This document shows, piece after piece, positions 20,179 through 28,812 of a stretch of DNA of 64,000 nt. Source of the DNA: a virus. The stretch lies in the UHGV virus genome UHGV-0041314. One strand, written 5' to 3'. A program made the position numbers and the translations under genes. Position 1 is the first letter of the stretch. Every line of letters starts with the position of its first letter. The notes under the pieces were generated by a model, which saw only the letters and a list, made by a program, of their open reading frames with translations, was not told the origin of the DNA and did no database searches.

Positions 20179-20727
20179 ATGAAGAAATTGATTCTAGGAT
20201 TGTGCTTAATGTTTACAGCACATTTATCTTATGCAGTTGACTGCCCAGAGCTATCAATTAGCCAAAAAGTTAACATGTTAAAAGCTTACCAGTATGGTGA
20301 GAACAACATGGGGAAAGGCTGGGGTATTACTCTAGCAGCTATAGCCTTACAAGAGTCAGAGTTAGGTCTGAAGGTAGAGAATAAAAAGACCCATGACTAT
20401 GGTATTTTCCAGAATCACTTGAAGACTGTTGTAAAGCGTAACAAAATTAGTCCTAATGTGGCTAAAAAGAAACTCTTAAAAGATTTTGACTATGCAGCAA
20501 AAGAGACACATAAAGAGCTTGAGTTTTGGACTAAGGTACATGGTCACCCGAAGTCAAAGAAGACTTTACAAAAAGTTTTAGCATCATATAATGCTGGGTA
20601 TTCGTACAAAATCCCTAAAGCTAAGAAATACTCTCAAGATGTCTATAACAATATGAAAGTTATTGCTCAATGTGAATTTGCAACAAACATTTCTAAGGTA
20701 AATCATGAAAAAATTAAGAAAGTCTGA
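20179..20727 (+). CDS. secreted protein with SLT-like (lytic transglycosylase) motif
   Basis: N-terminal signal peptide; AIALQESELG...YGIFQ resembles the SLT ES/GLMQ motifs. Confidence 0.4.
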   Translation: MKKLILGLCLMFTAHLSYAVDCPELSISQKVNMLKAYQYGENNMGKGWGITLAAIALQESELGLKVENKKTHDYGIFQNHLKTVVKRNKISPNVAKKKLLKDFDYAAKETHKELEFWTKVHGHPKSKKTLQKVLASYNAGYSYKIPKAKKYSQDVYNNMKVIAQCEFATNISKVNHEKIKKV

Positions 20728-21400
20728 TGAAGTCCTGTGCCACGCTTATGACTTGCATCCTCATGAGTTAGGTCTTGATTCCTGTGTATGGACTCCAGAA
20801 CAGTGCAGGGATTTTGAAGACACTGCAAGAGAAGTTGTATGTTCACTTGAAGAGTTCCACACATCAGAACCAATTGTAAACGTTGTGGATAAAGAAACTG
20901 GACAAGCTATAGGTGTAAGTCGTGATAGTTTAGTCATAGTCAATAAAGACCTTGTAGAAAAAGGCAACCTCATCTTAGCAGATATTGATGGTGTTCTTAC
21001 AAATTTTAATCACGAAGATTGCTCAACGGAATTGACTGATGGGTCATTCTCACAATACACTAATCTTCTTGACTCTGTAAGAGCAAAACCAACATATGTT
21101 TTTAGTATTATTGATGCAATTGCTAATCATGCTGCCATTGGACTCTTGACAGCGAGAGGTGAATCTCAGAGAATACCTACTGAGATGTTCTTAAGGCATA
21201 ACATAGAGCATGACTACATGCTTTTTATGCGTGGTTTTGGAACTAACTCTATAAGTGCAGAAAGTTTGAAAGTGAGGATGATTCAGTCTTGCATTCTTCC
21301 TTATTTTAATATAGTATGCTTTATAGAAGATACAGAGAAGAATGTTCAGAAGGTTAACAGAATCCTTCCACACATTAAAACCATGTTAGTTAAACATTGA
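20705..21400 (+). CDS. HAD-superfamily phosphatase-like protein (possible nucleotidase)
   Basis: C-terminal half contains ILADIDGVLTN (HAD motif I, DxDG[TV]). Confidence 0.4.
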   Translation: MKKLRKSDEVLCHAYDLHPHELGLDSCVWTPEQCRDFEDTAREVVCSLEEFHTSEPIVNVVDKETGQAIGVSRDSLVIVNKDLVEKGNLILADIDGVLTNFNHEDCSTELTDGSFSQYTNLLDSVRAKPTYVFSIIDAIANHAAIGLLTARGESQRIPTEMFLRHNIEHDYMLFMRGFGTNSISAESLKVRMIQSCILPYFNIVCFIEDTEKNVQKVNRILPHIKTMLVKH

Positions 21401-21411
21401 GAGAAAAACTT

Positions 21412-21876
21412 ATGAACAATATCATTACGGTAGCACTGGACGATACGGCAAACAAATCTGAAGTAGTTCGTAAAATGATTCAAGGTAACTTTGAAGGTAA
21501 AATTTTCCGTGCTGTTAATGTAAAAGCTGATGGCAGTATTCGTGAATACCGTGCATTGTTGAATGTTAAAAAGCACGTAAAAGGTGCTGGTTCAACGACT
21601 GCACACAAAGAAAACCTGATGACTATCTACGATATGGGTAAGGCTTCAGAGTTAGGTGCTGAAGGTATCGTTAAAGAAGGTGCTCCGTATCGCTCTTTCA
21701 ATCTGGAAACTACTCTTATGCTTTCCTTTACAAGTGGTTCTAAAACAATCACTTATCTCTTTACTGATGCTGCAACGGTATCTGCTATTAAGGATAGCAC
21801 TGTCAAAGCTGGCGTAGTTGCTGCTGCAAAAGCTTCTTCGATGGCTGCGAATATCCTTGCTAAAGTCCTCGGTTAA
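21412..21876 (+). CDS. hypothetical protein
   Basis: track ORF from TTG 21397; ATG 21412; terminator follows. Confidence 0.4.
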   Translation: MNNIITVALDDTANKSEVVRKMIQGNFEGKIFRAVNVKADGSIREYRALLNVKKHVKGAGSTTAHKENLMTIYDMGKASELGAEGIVKEGAPYRSFNLETTLMLSFTSGSKTITYLFTDAATVSAIKDSTVKAGVVAAAKASSMAANILAKVLG

Positions 21877-21888
21877 GGTTAAGATACA

Positions 21889-21909
21889 GGCTCCTTCGGG
21901 AGCCTTTTT
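21889..21909 (+). terminator. rho-independent terminator
   Basis: GGCTCC-TTCG-GGAGCC then TTTTT. Confidence 0.6.
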
Positions 21910-21928
21910 CATTTCAGGAGATTGTTAA

Positions 21929-22276
21929 ATGACATTTAAAGAGTTCTGTCAAGCTACTTTCATAATTGTTTTCTTAGTTGGGGCAGGTGTCTGGGGAGGA
22001 TACTCTTACAGAGACTACCAAGTTGCTGAAGCTGAGTTAAGCAATGAGAAACTAATAAGTGTTGCTAAAGATGCTTATCAGGAAGGTTTAGCCACACTCA
22101 GCACCAATTACAAAAATGATTTGAAAGATGTGCTTGCTAAGAATAAGCATACAAAAGAGGTACTAACATATGAAAAGACTAAGCCAGAGTTTTATAATGT
22201 TTGTGTTACTGATAATTATGTCAGGGTGTTCAACGAACAAAGCGAACAGTACATTCAAAAACTACCAAGTAAGTGA
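21929..22276 (+). CDS. i-spanin-like protein (N-terminal TM + coiled coil)
   Basis: AGGAGA RBS; N-terminal TM helix FIIVFLVGAGVWGGY; next gene starts inside it in another frame. Confidence 0.35.
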   Translation: MTFKEFCQATFIIVFLVGAGVWGGYSYRDYQVAEAELSNEKLISVAKDAYQEGLATLSTNYKNDLKDVLAKNKHTKEVLTYEKTKPEFYNVCVTDNYVRVFNEQSEQYIQKLPSK

Positions 22277-22439
22277 GAGTGACAAGTACACTCAAGAAGA
22301 ATCAAGATTCACTGTCAAAGGTAATACTGGTAGTGATGTGGCAGCAGCCCTTGAATTTTATCGTGATGGTTTTTACCAGTGCACAATAAAAGCTAATAAC
22401 CTTATTGATATGATTTTATTAGGGAACAAACAGCAATGA
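22170..22439 (+). CDS. lipoprotein, o-spanin-like, overlapping the i-spanin-like gene
   Basis: AAGAGG RBS; signal peptide ending in lipobox-like IIMSGC; 107-nt out-of-frame overlap with 21929..22276. Confidence 0.3.
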   Translation: MKRLSQSFIMFVLLIIMSGCSTNKANSTFKNYQVSESDKYTQEESRFTVKGNTGSDVAAALEFYRDGFYQCTIKANNLIDMILLGNKQQ

Positions 22440-22705
22440 CAGAGAATGAAGATACTTTCTATGTAGAAGGGTACTTACTGCTACCACGACCAAAAGAAAC
22501 TTATATGCGGGTTGATTTCTCACCAACCATTATGGATAACGTGATGTGTCATATCTTTATGCAAGGTGTCACAGCACAGCTTAAGCATGTTGGTAAAGAG
22601 TGCAAAATAAAGGTTGACACTCATCCAGAAATCAAAGAGAATCACTACACATGGTTCTTACCAGACTCTAAAGAAATCTTAGCAGTTCTTAAAACGAGGA
22701 AATGA
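22436..22705 (+). CDS. hypothetical protein
   Basis: track ORF. Confidence 0.4.
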   Translation: MTENEDTFYVEGYLLLPRPKETYMRVDFSPTIMDNVMCHIFMQGVTAQLKHVGKECKIKVDTHPEIKENHYTWFLPDSKEILAVLKTRK

Positions 22706-23016
22706 TTATGCAATTCCAGCCAACCAATCGTGGATTTTCTTATGCAGAATTTAAAGATGCTAAAGGGGAAATTTGTACTTTACAAGATAGTTCATCATAT
22801 GAACCATGTATCTGGTTAGGTGCTAAAGAGGTCTCTGTTCAGTATCTAGATGGTGGCTGGAAAACACTTGATATCCCAGCATTAGTAGGCAAAGATTTTG
22901 TAGGTAACCAAAGAATGAAACTCAACCGAGAACAGGTGAAAGAGTTATTGCCATACCTTCAGTACTTTGCTGAAAATGGTGAATTACCAACAGAGGAACT
23001 TACAAATGCAGATTAA
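22702..23016 (+). CDS. hypothetical protein
   Basis: track ORF. Confidence 0.4.
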   Translation: MIMQFQPTNRGFSYAEFKDAKGEICTLQDSSSYEPCIWLGAKEVSVQYLDGGWKTLDIPALVGKDFVGNQRMKLNREQVKELLPYLQYFAENGELPTEELTNAD

Positions 23017-23332
23017 TGGAAGAGACTTTGTAGCCGTTTACTACGAGAAAGATAAAGAAGTTGGCGTAGCACAAGTATCTTATGGTAATGGTAAGTGGTT
23101 ATATGGCACAATCGCAGTAGTAGGAACAAGAAGTGATACAAAAACTTTTAAAGACTGTGTTGACCTTCTTGAAGAATCCATCCACAATCATTGGTGTCTG
23201 ATATGGATGACTGACAACGAAGTGATAGAACGCTTCAAAAAGATTGGTATCAACATTGATAGCATTGAGCATGTTGACTTGTATGAGCTAACTGAGAAGG
23301 TAAATTATGAAAGTAATACTAGCCAGAGATAA
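23006..23332 (+). CDS. hypothetical protein
   Basis: track ORF from TTG 22967; ATG 23006 with GAGGA RBS. Confidence 0.4.
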   Translation: MQINGRDFVAVYYEKDKEVGVAQVSYGNGKWLYGTIAVVGTRSDTKTFKDCVDLLEESIHNHWCLIWMTDNEVIERFKKIGINIDSIEHVDLYELTEKVNYESNTSQR

Positions 23333-23534
23333 AAAGACACGGAAAATTACCCGGTCAGCAGTATTCATTGGAAGAAATAGAGTGATTCCATTTACAGCAA
23401 ATGATGTGATAGCCTACAGGGAAAAATTAGCATTTAGTTATTGCTTGCGTGGCTTCATCTCACAACCATTGGAAGACTTCAAAAGTCGTTGTGGCAAAGG
23501 TATCATCATTCAAGAGGCAATTATTCATGGCTGA
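23307..23534 (+). CDS. hypothetical protein
   Basis: track ORF. Confidence 0.3.
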   Translation: MKVILARDKKTRKITRSAVFIGRNRVIPFTANDVIAYREKLAFSYCLRGFISQPLEDFKSRCGKGIIIQEAIIHG

Positions 23535-23727
23535 CTTCTGCAAAGATTGTGCTATCGAAATGTTCGGGCGTGATACAGGAGACTTAAAAGGTCTTATCAC
23601 TGAAGATGACTTTAAAGCTGGCTATGCAATGCCAGTAATCTGTGAAGGTTGTGGATGTATCTGGGTAGACCACGAAGGACAACGTGTAAAACCTTCAGAA
23701 GATAAAGAATCTTGGGAGAGATGTTAA
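23527..23727 (+). CDS. small zinc-ribbon protein
   Basis: track ORF 23449 trimmed to ATG 23527; CKDC...CEGCGC motifs. Confidence 0.35.
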   Translation: MADFCKDCAIEMFGRDTGDLKGLITEDDFKAGYAMPVICEGCGCIWVDHEGQRVKPSEDKESWERC

Positions 23728-24513
23728 ATGGGTATTGTAAAAATCATCAATGGCGATATCTTTGCAGCATTTGATAAAGGTAAGTTTGACGTCATCGGTC
23801 ACGGTTGCAACTGTATGAACTTAATGGGTGCAGGTATCGCTGACAAGATTTCTAAACTTTACCCAAAAGCATATGAGACTGATACAGAAGTTTATCTGTA
23901 TGCAGGTGGAATAGGCCACAAGCCCTGTGAGAATTTACTAGGCAATTTCTCTGTAGCACGTTTAAAACAAGGCCGTATAGCTAACCTTTACACTCAGCTT
24001 AAGACTGGTAAAGATGCCCGATACAGTGCTTTAGAGTCATCTTTGAAACAGCTTAACAGATACTGTGAAGTCAATCAGTTGAAGAAAGTCGGGTTACCTA
24101 TGATTGGTGCAGGTATCGGTGGGCTAGACCCTCAAGCCGTCACAGTTATCATTAATCAGGTGATGAAGAGTGTAGATGTTTATCTGTATGTCTACGAAGG
24201 AGAGATGTACCACAAGTTACGCTCAGGTTGGAAGAACTACTGTGAGCCAGAATACTTTGCAGGTGTAGTAACGTTCACAGATGATGCAGTTACCCTCTTC
24301 AGACGAAGAAAAGGTAAGATACATCAAAGTAACCCTCCGGTTGAGAAGATGTCTCTAAGTAACGCTCTAGTTACCCACCTGTCGAAGGGCAATCACAGGA
24401 TAGCCGTAACATTTGGCAGTGATGCAGATACATATATCTATGCAAGAACTGATGAGGATATCGAGACGGTCTTCTCTTCATCGGAAGTTACCTTCTTAGA
24501 CGCAAAGAACTAA
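23728..24513 (+). CDS. macro-domain (ADP-ribose binding/processing) protein
   Basis: GDIF...DVIGHGCNCMNLMGAGIADKI and LPMIGAGIGGL resemble the macro-domain Gly-rich motifs. Confidence 0.5.
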   Translation: MGIVKIINGDIFAAFDKGKFDVIGHGCNCMNLMGAGIADKISKLYPKAYETDTEVYLYAGGIGHKPCENLLGNFSVARLKQGRIANLYTQLKTGKDARYSALESSLKQLNRYCEVNQLKKVGLPMIGAGIGGLDPQAVTVIINQVMKSVDVYLYVYEGEMYHKLRSGWKNYCEPEYFAGVVTFTDDAVTLFRRRKGKIHQSNPPVEKMSLSNALVTHLSKGNHRIAVTFGSDADTYIYARTDEDIETVFSSSEVTFLDAKN

Positions 24514-24590
24514 GAAACTCTGTATAATATTCACAATATACTAAGCCTTTCTTATCTGGTAAATTTTTCAGGTAAGGAGGGCTTTTTTAT

Positions 24591-24780
24591 TTCAGGATTG
24601 TGCAGGTAGAGTTCCGGACAGAAATCTGTAGAGAAAATTTTGAACTCCAAAGAGAAAATTCATTTTCAAACTGTGCAGGTAATCTCCAAAGAGCTTTTTC
24701 ATTTTCAAAACGTGCAGACCCCGCTCAGGTCGGGCAAGAAAAATCATTTTAGAATTGTGCAGGTAGGTGGGTGCAGGTGG
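24591..24780 (+). repeat. direct-repeat cluster (TGTGCAGGT core with CATTTTCAAA companion), iteron-like
   Basis: GTGCAGGT-type core at ~24599, 24672, 24712 (CGTGCAGAC variant), 24756 and 24770; CATTTTCAAA-like at ~24661, 24699, 24745. Confidence 0.45.
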
Positions 24781-24941
24781 GGATGTCGCCATTTCTCACA
24801 AGGCTACCACATCTGGAAATAAAAGTCAACAGAAAAATTTGTAGCGGATTGAAAAATAATTCTTGATTGTAGTTCTGTTTTGTGGTAGTCGCGTGCGCCC
24901 GTTTCATTACAGTTTTTGCAAAAATATTTTTAAAATTCCTA

Positions 24942-24970
24942 TTGACTCCTCGGCTATGGTTATTTAATAT
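24942..24970 (+). promoter_or_regulatory. sigma70-like promoter for the small-gene array
   Basis: TTGACT - 17 bp - TAATAT, about 50 bp upstream of ATG 25021. Confidence 0.5.
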
Positions 24971-25020
24971 TTGCATCAGACGGGCAAGCCAGCCCACTTC
25001 CTAAACTGGAGAACTGAAAA

Positions 25021-25227
25021 ATGACTTACTACCGTGAATTAATGGTTACAACTAACGTTAACACAAAGGTAAAACGTTTTTACATGAAAATCTGTGGCGT
25101 ATGGTCCAGAATATCAGAAGCCGACTATTGCAACTATGTAGAAACGGCTATTAATTCTAATTGCTACCTTACAAGAAACACTAAGAAATTTACAAGGCAG
25201 ACAGCGATTTACTACTACGACAAATAA
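25021..25227 (+). CDS. small hypothetical protein (68 aa), cassette-flanked array gene 1
   Basis: ATG directly after conserved leader CCTAAACTGGAGAACTGAAAA; sigma70-like promoter upstream. Confidence 0.5.
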   Translation: MTYYRELMVTTNVNTKVKRFYMKICGVWSRISEADYCNYVETAINSNCYLTRNTKKFTRQTAIYYYDK

Positions 25228-25315
25228 AGTACTTTACAGGGGGCTTAAAAGCTGATATCTTAAGCCCCAGATAAAGAGCTTTACTAAATTAACCCTTAAA
25301 CTAGGAGATTCAAAA
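25228..25315 (+). repeat. type-A intergenic cassette (PeSL-like)
   Basis: AGTACTTTACA-GGGGCTTA...TAAGCCCC-AGATAAAGAGCTTTAC...CTTAAACTAGGAGATTCAAAA-ATG; TTTACA - 17 bp - TAAAGT spans the stem-loop. Confidence 0.6.
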
Positions 25316-25696
25316 ATGGCTTATCGTGCACCGAAATTCATCAACAAAGACAACTTCCGCAACGCACTGGAGAAGTCACTTGATGAAAAATTTAACGGCA
25401 AATTGATTGTTGTTCACGCATTCAATTTTAAGTATGATATTAACGGGAATAAAATCAACCATTACACGGCAACCATGTTAGATGGTACGCTATCAAGTGA
25501 AAAAGCCGTACTGAATGCACTTGCAGGACGTGGTAAAAACCTGATAAGATGCGATAAGAGACGTTATCAGGGTGGCGCATATGGTTACGACGATGCTGTT
25601 TACCATCTTGAAAATATGGGCTATCATGTAGAAAAAGCTGGAGTGTCTCAAATAATCGGTAGTGATGGTTATGTGACAATCTTCAAAATTAAATAA
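25316..25696 (+). CDS. small hypothetical protein (126 aa), array gene 2
   Basis: type-A cassette and leader CTTAAACTAGGAGATTCAAAA before ATG. Confidence 0.5.
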   Translation: MAYRAPKFINKDNFRNALEKSLDEKFNGKLIVVHAFNFKYDINGNKINHYTATMLDGTLSSEKAVLNALAGRGKNLIRCDKRRYQGGAYGYDDAVYHLENMGYHVEKAGVSQIIGSDGYVTIFKIK

Positions 25697-25781
25697 AGTA
25701 CTTTACAAGGGGCTTATAGTTCGATAGAGTAAGCCCCAGATAAAGAGCTTTACCACTCAATCCTAAATTGGAGATTCTAAA
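25697..25781 (+). repeat. type-A intergenic cassette
   Basis: near-identical copy with loop variant. Confidence 0.6.
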
Positions 25782-26072
25782 ATGGCTATTATCAAAAACG
25801 TTGTAATTCCTGCAAAAACTCGTGATGACGCTCGCATCATGGCGAAAAAGTTAGGCGGGAAAGTTGTTGACAACGGAAAACAATCTACTGTAAGATGGGG
25901 CGTGAAGACTGATAGACAGTTGAAGTTAAAAAATTCACCAATAAACCTTTTTACATGTGTAAACACTATTGGGAAGACAAATGTATACACGAAAAAGGCA
26001 TATATTAGACGCGTAGCCTTAACATCCCCCATTCGTACAATGAGAGGTTATGCAAAACTGAAAATTAACTGA
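25782..26072 (+). CDS. small basic hypothetical protein (96 aa), array gene 3
   Basis: type-A cassette upstream. Confidence 0.5.
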   Translation: MAIIKNVVIPAKTRDDARIMAKKLGGKVVDNGKQSTVRWGVKTDRQLKLKNSPINLFTCVNTIGKTNVYTKKAYIRRVALTSPIRTMRGYAKLKIN

Positions 26073-26160
26073 TAAAGTACTTTACAGGGGGCTTAAAAGC
26101 TGATATCTTAAGCCCCAGATAAAGAGCTTTACCACTAAATCCTAAACTGGAGATTCAAAA
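26073..26160 (+). repeat. type-A intergenic cassette
   Basis: near-identical copy of 25228 cassette. Confidence 0.6.
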
Positions 26161-26673
26161 ATGAAAACTGTAGACGCTACCTTTGAAGTTGTAAAAGAAA
26201 AATTCACCATTATCTATGAAGCTGTTAATTGCTTTGAAGCAAGCCATAATCTTGATAATTGGGAATTTACAGATGACCATCAAGGCGGTGTGACTGTTAA
26301 AAATCCTAACTGCCAGCATAATGGATTTAAATATGCAATCCCTTTACATTACAGCCTTAAACAGCTTTCAAGTGACTATGCAAAACAAGGACGGGAAAAT
26401 CCATCAAAAGAGGCTTACACTAGCTTACAGAAAGAACTAGAAAGAGATTTAGAGGCTTCAGAGTATAACATTGCCGCGAAAGTTGTAGATGCAAATGGCA
26501 ACACGGTTTTAGATAGCTTTTATATTGGTTATGCTTTCGACTGGTGCTATAGTGACGTCGACGATTTAGATGACAGACTTAAAGAGGAAGTGAACAACGC
26601 AGACGCAGAATCTGAAGTATTAGAACGCTTGGAATCATTAAAAGATTCAGTGATGAATATCTTTAAGGACTAA
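26161..26673 (+). CDS. hypothetical protein (170 aa), array gene 4
   Basis: type-A cassette upstream. Confidence 0.5.
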   Translation: MKTVDATFEVVKEKFTIIYEAVNCFEASHNLDNWEFTDDHQGGVTVKNPNCQHNGFKYAIPLHYSLKQLSSDYAKQGRENPSKEAYTSLQKELERDLEASEYNIAAKVVDANGNTVLDSFYIGYAFDWCYSDVDDLDDRLKEEVNNADAESEVLERLESLKDSVMNIFKD

Positions 26674-26760
26674 ATAGACCTCTTTACACGGGGCTATCAA
26701 GCTGATAAGATAGCCCCAGATAAAGAGATTTATCAACTATCCTAAACTGGAGATTCAAAA
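26674..26760 (+). repeat. type-A intergenic cassette (variant stem GGGGCTATC/GATAGCCCC)
   Basis: same architecture, compensatory stem changes. Confidence 0.55.
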
Positions 26761-27057
26761 ATGAAATTATCAAATAAAGTCCGTGAAAATCTAAGCAAGT
26801 TACTTAATAAAATTGATTTCATTGAAACATCAAGGAATAGTCATGATGTTATGGAATGGTTACACGGAAAAATCAAAGGCCGTCGTGTAGTGATTTGCTT
26901 ATGGAATAGTTGCAGGGAATATAAAAAACCTGTATTACAAGTCAATATCTATGATGATACTTTCAAAAGCCCTGTAAAGTCTAAAAGCGATTTATTAGAA
27001 TCCTATGAGATAACTGTAAATGGCAAAGTATCACGTAAAGAGGAAACACCATGTTAA
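26761..27057 (+). CDS. small hypothetical protein (98 aa), array gene 5
   Basis: type-A cassette variant upstream. Confidence 0.5.
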   Translation: MKLSNKVRENLSKLLNKIDFIETSRNSHDVMEWLHGKIKGRRVVICLWNSCREYKKPVLQVNIYDDTFKSPVKSKSDLLESYEITVNGKVSRKEETPC

Positions 27058-27383
27058 TGACTGGTATCACTGCAATCATTGCCATTTTAGCGCTATATAA
27101 GGCATATAAAGCCTATAATCTAGCAAATAAGGCAATCACACAGCAGGTTAGCAATAACCTTGTAGAGAGCTTTCTAGGGCGTCTCAGTGATGAGCAAATA
27201 AAGCGGCTAGAGATGAGCTTCAGATTCAAAGCGAAAACCTATCAGATAAGTGACATCTTCAAGGATGATTTCCAGTTAGTCGATGATTATAATTCTCTGA
27301 TAAATGCTTTAAATATCAGTGACTTAAAAGACTACTACGCTGTAATTGTTCAAGAATTGAGCAAACGAAAACAAAACTGTTGA
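27051..27383 (+). CDS. small membrane protein (110 aa, N-terminal TM), array gene 6
   Basis: no cassette; start overlaps upstream stop; AAAGAGG RBS. Confidence 0.45.
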   Translation: MLMTGITAIIAILALYKAYKAYNLANKAITQQVSNNLVESFLGRLSDEQIKRLEMSFRFKAKTYQISDIFKDDFQLVDDYNSLINALNISDLKDYYAVIVQELSKRKQNC

Positions 27384-27473
27384 CACTGGTTTTTAGATAG
27401 ACTAAATTACACATCAACGGGGAGGGAATAACCTTCCCCACTAAGTAAAGTCCTTAAACTAGGAGATTCAAAA
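27384..27473 (+). repeat. type-B intergenic cassette (PeSL-like)
   Basis: TTGACA - 17 bp - TAAATT, then ACATCAACGGGGAGGGAATAACCTTCCCCACTAAGTAAAGTCCTTAAACTAGGAGATTCAAAA-ATG. Confidence 0.6.
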
Positions 27474-27632
27474 ATGTTTTGTGCAGGTGATAAAGTTGTC
27501 TGGAATGATATAGATGACGGTTTATGTACGAAAGTTGTTGTTATCTTAGAAATTGATTATATCACTGGTGTTGCAACTGTAGCAGATAATGATATAATCT
27601 TTGATGTCTTAATTAGTGAACTGTCAAAATAA
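27474..27632 (+). CDS. small hypothetical protein (52 aa), array gene 7, not in ORF track
   Basis: type-B cassette and leader precede ATG; my translation MFCAGDKVVWNDIDDGLCTKVVVILEIDYITGVATVADNDIIFDVLISELSK. Confidence 0.4.
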   Translation: MFCAGDKVVWNDIDDGLCTKVVVILEIDYITGVATVADNDIIFDVLISELSK

Positions 27633-27657
27633 AATCCTTAAACTAGGAGCTTTTAAA

Positions 27658-27930
27658 ATGTACACTACTAACAACGGTCGCAATCTAAACGTAACCCTAC
27701 GCCACTATGTGAACGGTGTAATGCACTTCGAGGATTTACAGGCTGAACAACACATCTTAGATTGGCAAGTAGCAGGACTCCAAAAAACTGCCACAGGATA
27801 CGGGAAAAAGATTCCAACTAGCTGGAAAGTATACTACGAAGGACGTTTGCGCAGAATTTATCAGGATGTATGTAGCAATAGCGCAACAAGTTACATCATG
27901 GTAAAAGGTAAAAAATTGCACTTAGTATAA
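27658..27930 (+). CDS. small hypothetical protein (90 aa), array gene 8
   Basis: track ORF 27616 starts at GTG inside upstream ORF; ATG 27658 follows conserved leader. Confidence 0.5.
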   Translation: MYTTNNGRNLNVTLRHYVNGVMHFEDLQAEQHILDWQVAGLQKTATGYGKKIPTSWKVYYEGRLRRIYQDVCSNSATSYIMVKGKKLHLV

Positions 27931-28015
27931 AGTACTTTACAAGGGGCTTATAGTTCGATAAAGTAAGCCCCAGATAAAGAGCTTTACCACTAAATCCTAA
28001 ATTGGAGATTCAAAA
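27931..28015 (+). repeat. type-A intergenic cassette
   Basis: near-identical copy. Confidence 0.6.
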
Positions 28016-28420
28016 ATGGCTATTAATAATCGTGAGTTGTCAATCTTAAAAGCACGTTTGACCGTTAACCGGATTAATGTTATTACATCATCAGCACCTG
28101 ATGAGACATTGCACAATATTATCGGGAAGATTCAAAGTGTTATCTTAGACGTTGAAAGCGTAAAAAACTCACTAGCTGACGTTGCAGCAGGTATCACGCT
28201 AGACGGTGCACAATATGAAATGGCTGACATGTTAGGCAAATCAAAGGTAATGAATAAAGAGCTTGATTTAAAAATGTTTCGTTTTGCCGTGAAAGTGTGG
28301 CTATCTGTCGAGTATGACGCAAATTTTGCAATCGCTGATTTTTTTGCAACATGGTTGCAACGTAATTTAACAAATCATGATTTTCGTGATATCTGTGACG
28401 CAATTTACGCAGAACTATAA
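28016..28420 (+). CDS. hypothetical protein (134 aa), array gene 9
   Basis: type-A cassette upstream. Confidence 0.5.
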   Translation: MAINNRELSILKARLTVNRINVITSSAPDETLHNIIGKIQSVILDVESVKNSLADVAAGITLDGAQYEMADMLGKSKVMNKELDLKMFRFAVKVWLSVEYDANFAIADFFATWLQRNLTNHDFRDICDAIYAEL

Positions 28421-28523
28421 AAATTCCTCTTGATTTTGGTTTTTAAAACAAGTAAATTACTAATCAACGGGGAGGGAATGACCTTCCCCACTAAGTAAAG
28501 TCCTTAAACTAGGAGATTCTAGA
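28421..28523 (+). repeat. type-B intergenic cassette
   Basis: TTGATT - 17 bp - TAAATT then GGGGAGGGAATGACCTTCCCC hairpin and conserved leader. Confidence 0.6.
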
Positions 28524-28727
28524 ATGGCTATCATTAACGGCTTAAACATTGAAACTACTCACATCAAAGATATTAAAGTTGGGGATACAGTTCTTTTCCA
28601 CGGCGTAGAGAAAACTGTTACTGCAAAGGATATTAAAGAGGATTCTTTCATGGGTAGAACTCTCTTCGGCGATTCTTATTGCTTAGGTTATCTTGCAGTT
28701 TTAAAAGTTGTCAAAAATAATCGTTAA
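28524..28727 (+). CDS. small hypothetical protein (67 aa), array gene 10
   Basis: type-B cassette upstream. Confidence 0.5.
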   Translation: MAIINGLNIETTHIKDIKVGDTVLFHGVEKTVTAKDIKEDSFMGRTLFGDSYCLGYLAVLKVVKNNR

Positions 28728-28812
28728 AGTACTTTACAAGGGGCTTATAGTTCGATAAAGTAAGCCCCAGATAAAGAGCTTTACCACTAAATCCTAAACT
28801 GGAGATTCAAAA
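28728..28812 (+). repeat. type-A intergenic cassette
   Basis: near-identical copy. Confidence 0.6.

Noticed and set aside
223-21912. Multiple 60-90-aa ORFs on the opposite strand or in alternative frames inside larger genes (e.g. 223..594 -, 818..1030 -, 4980..5186 -, 13121..13582 -, 15324..15851 -, 19857..20156 -, 21652..21912 -)
   Set aside because: All lie within well-supported longer genes, lack ribosome-binding sites and interrupt an otherwise uniformly plus-strand, tightly packed operon structure.
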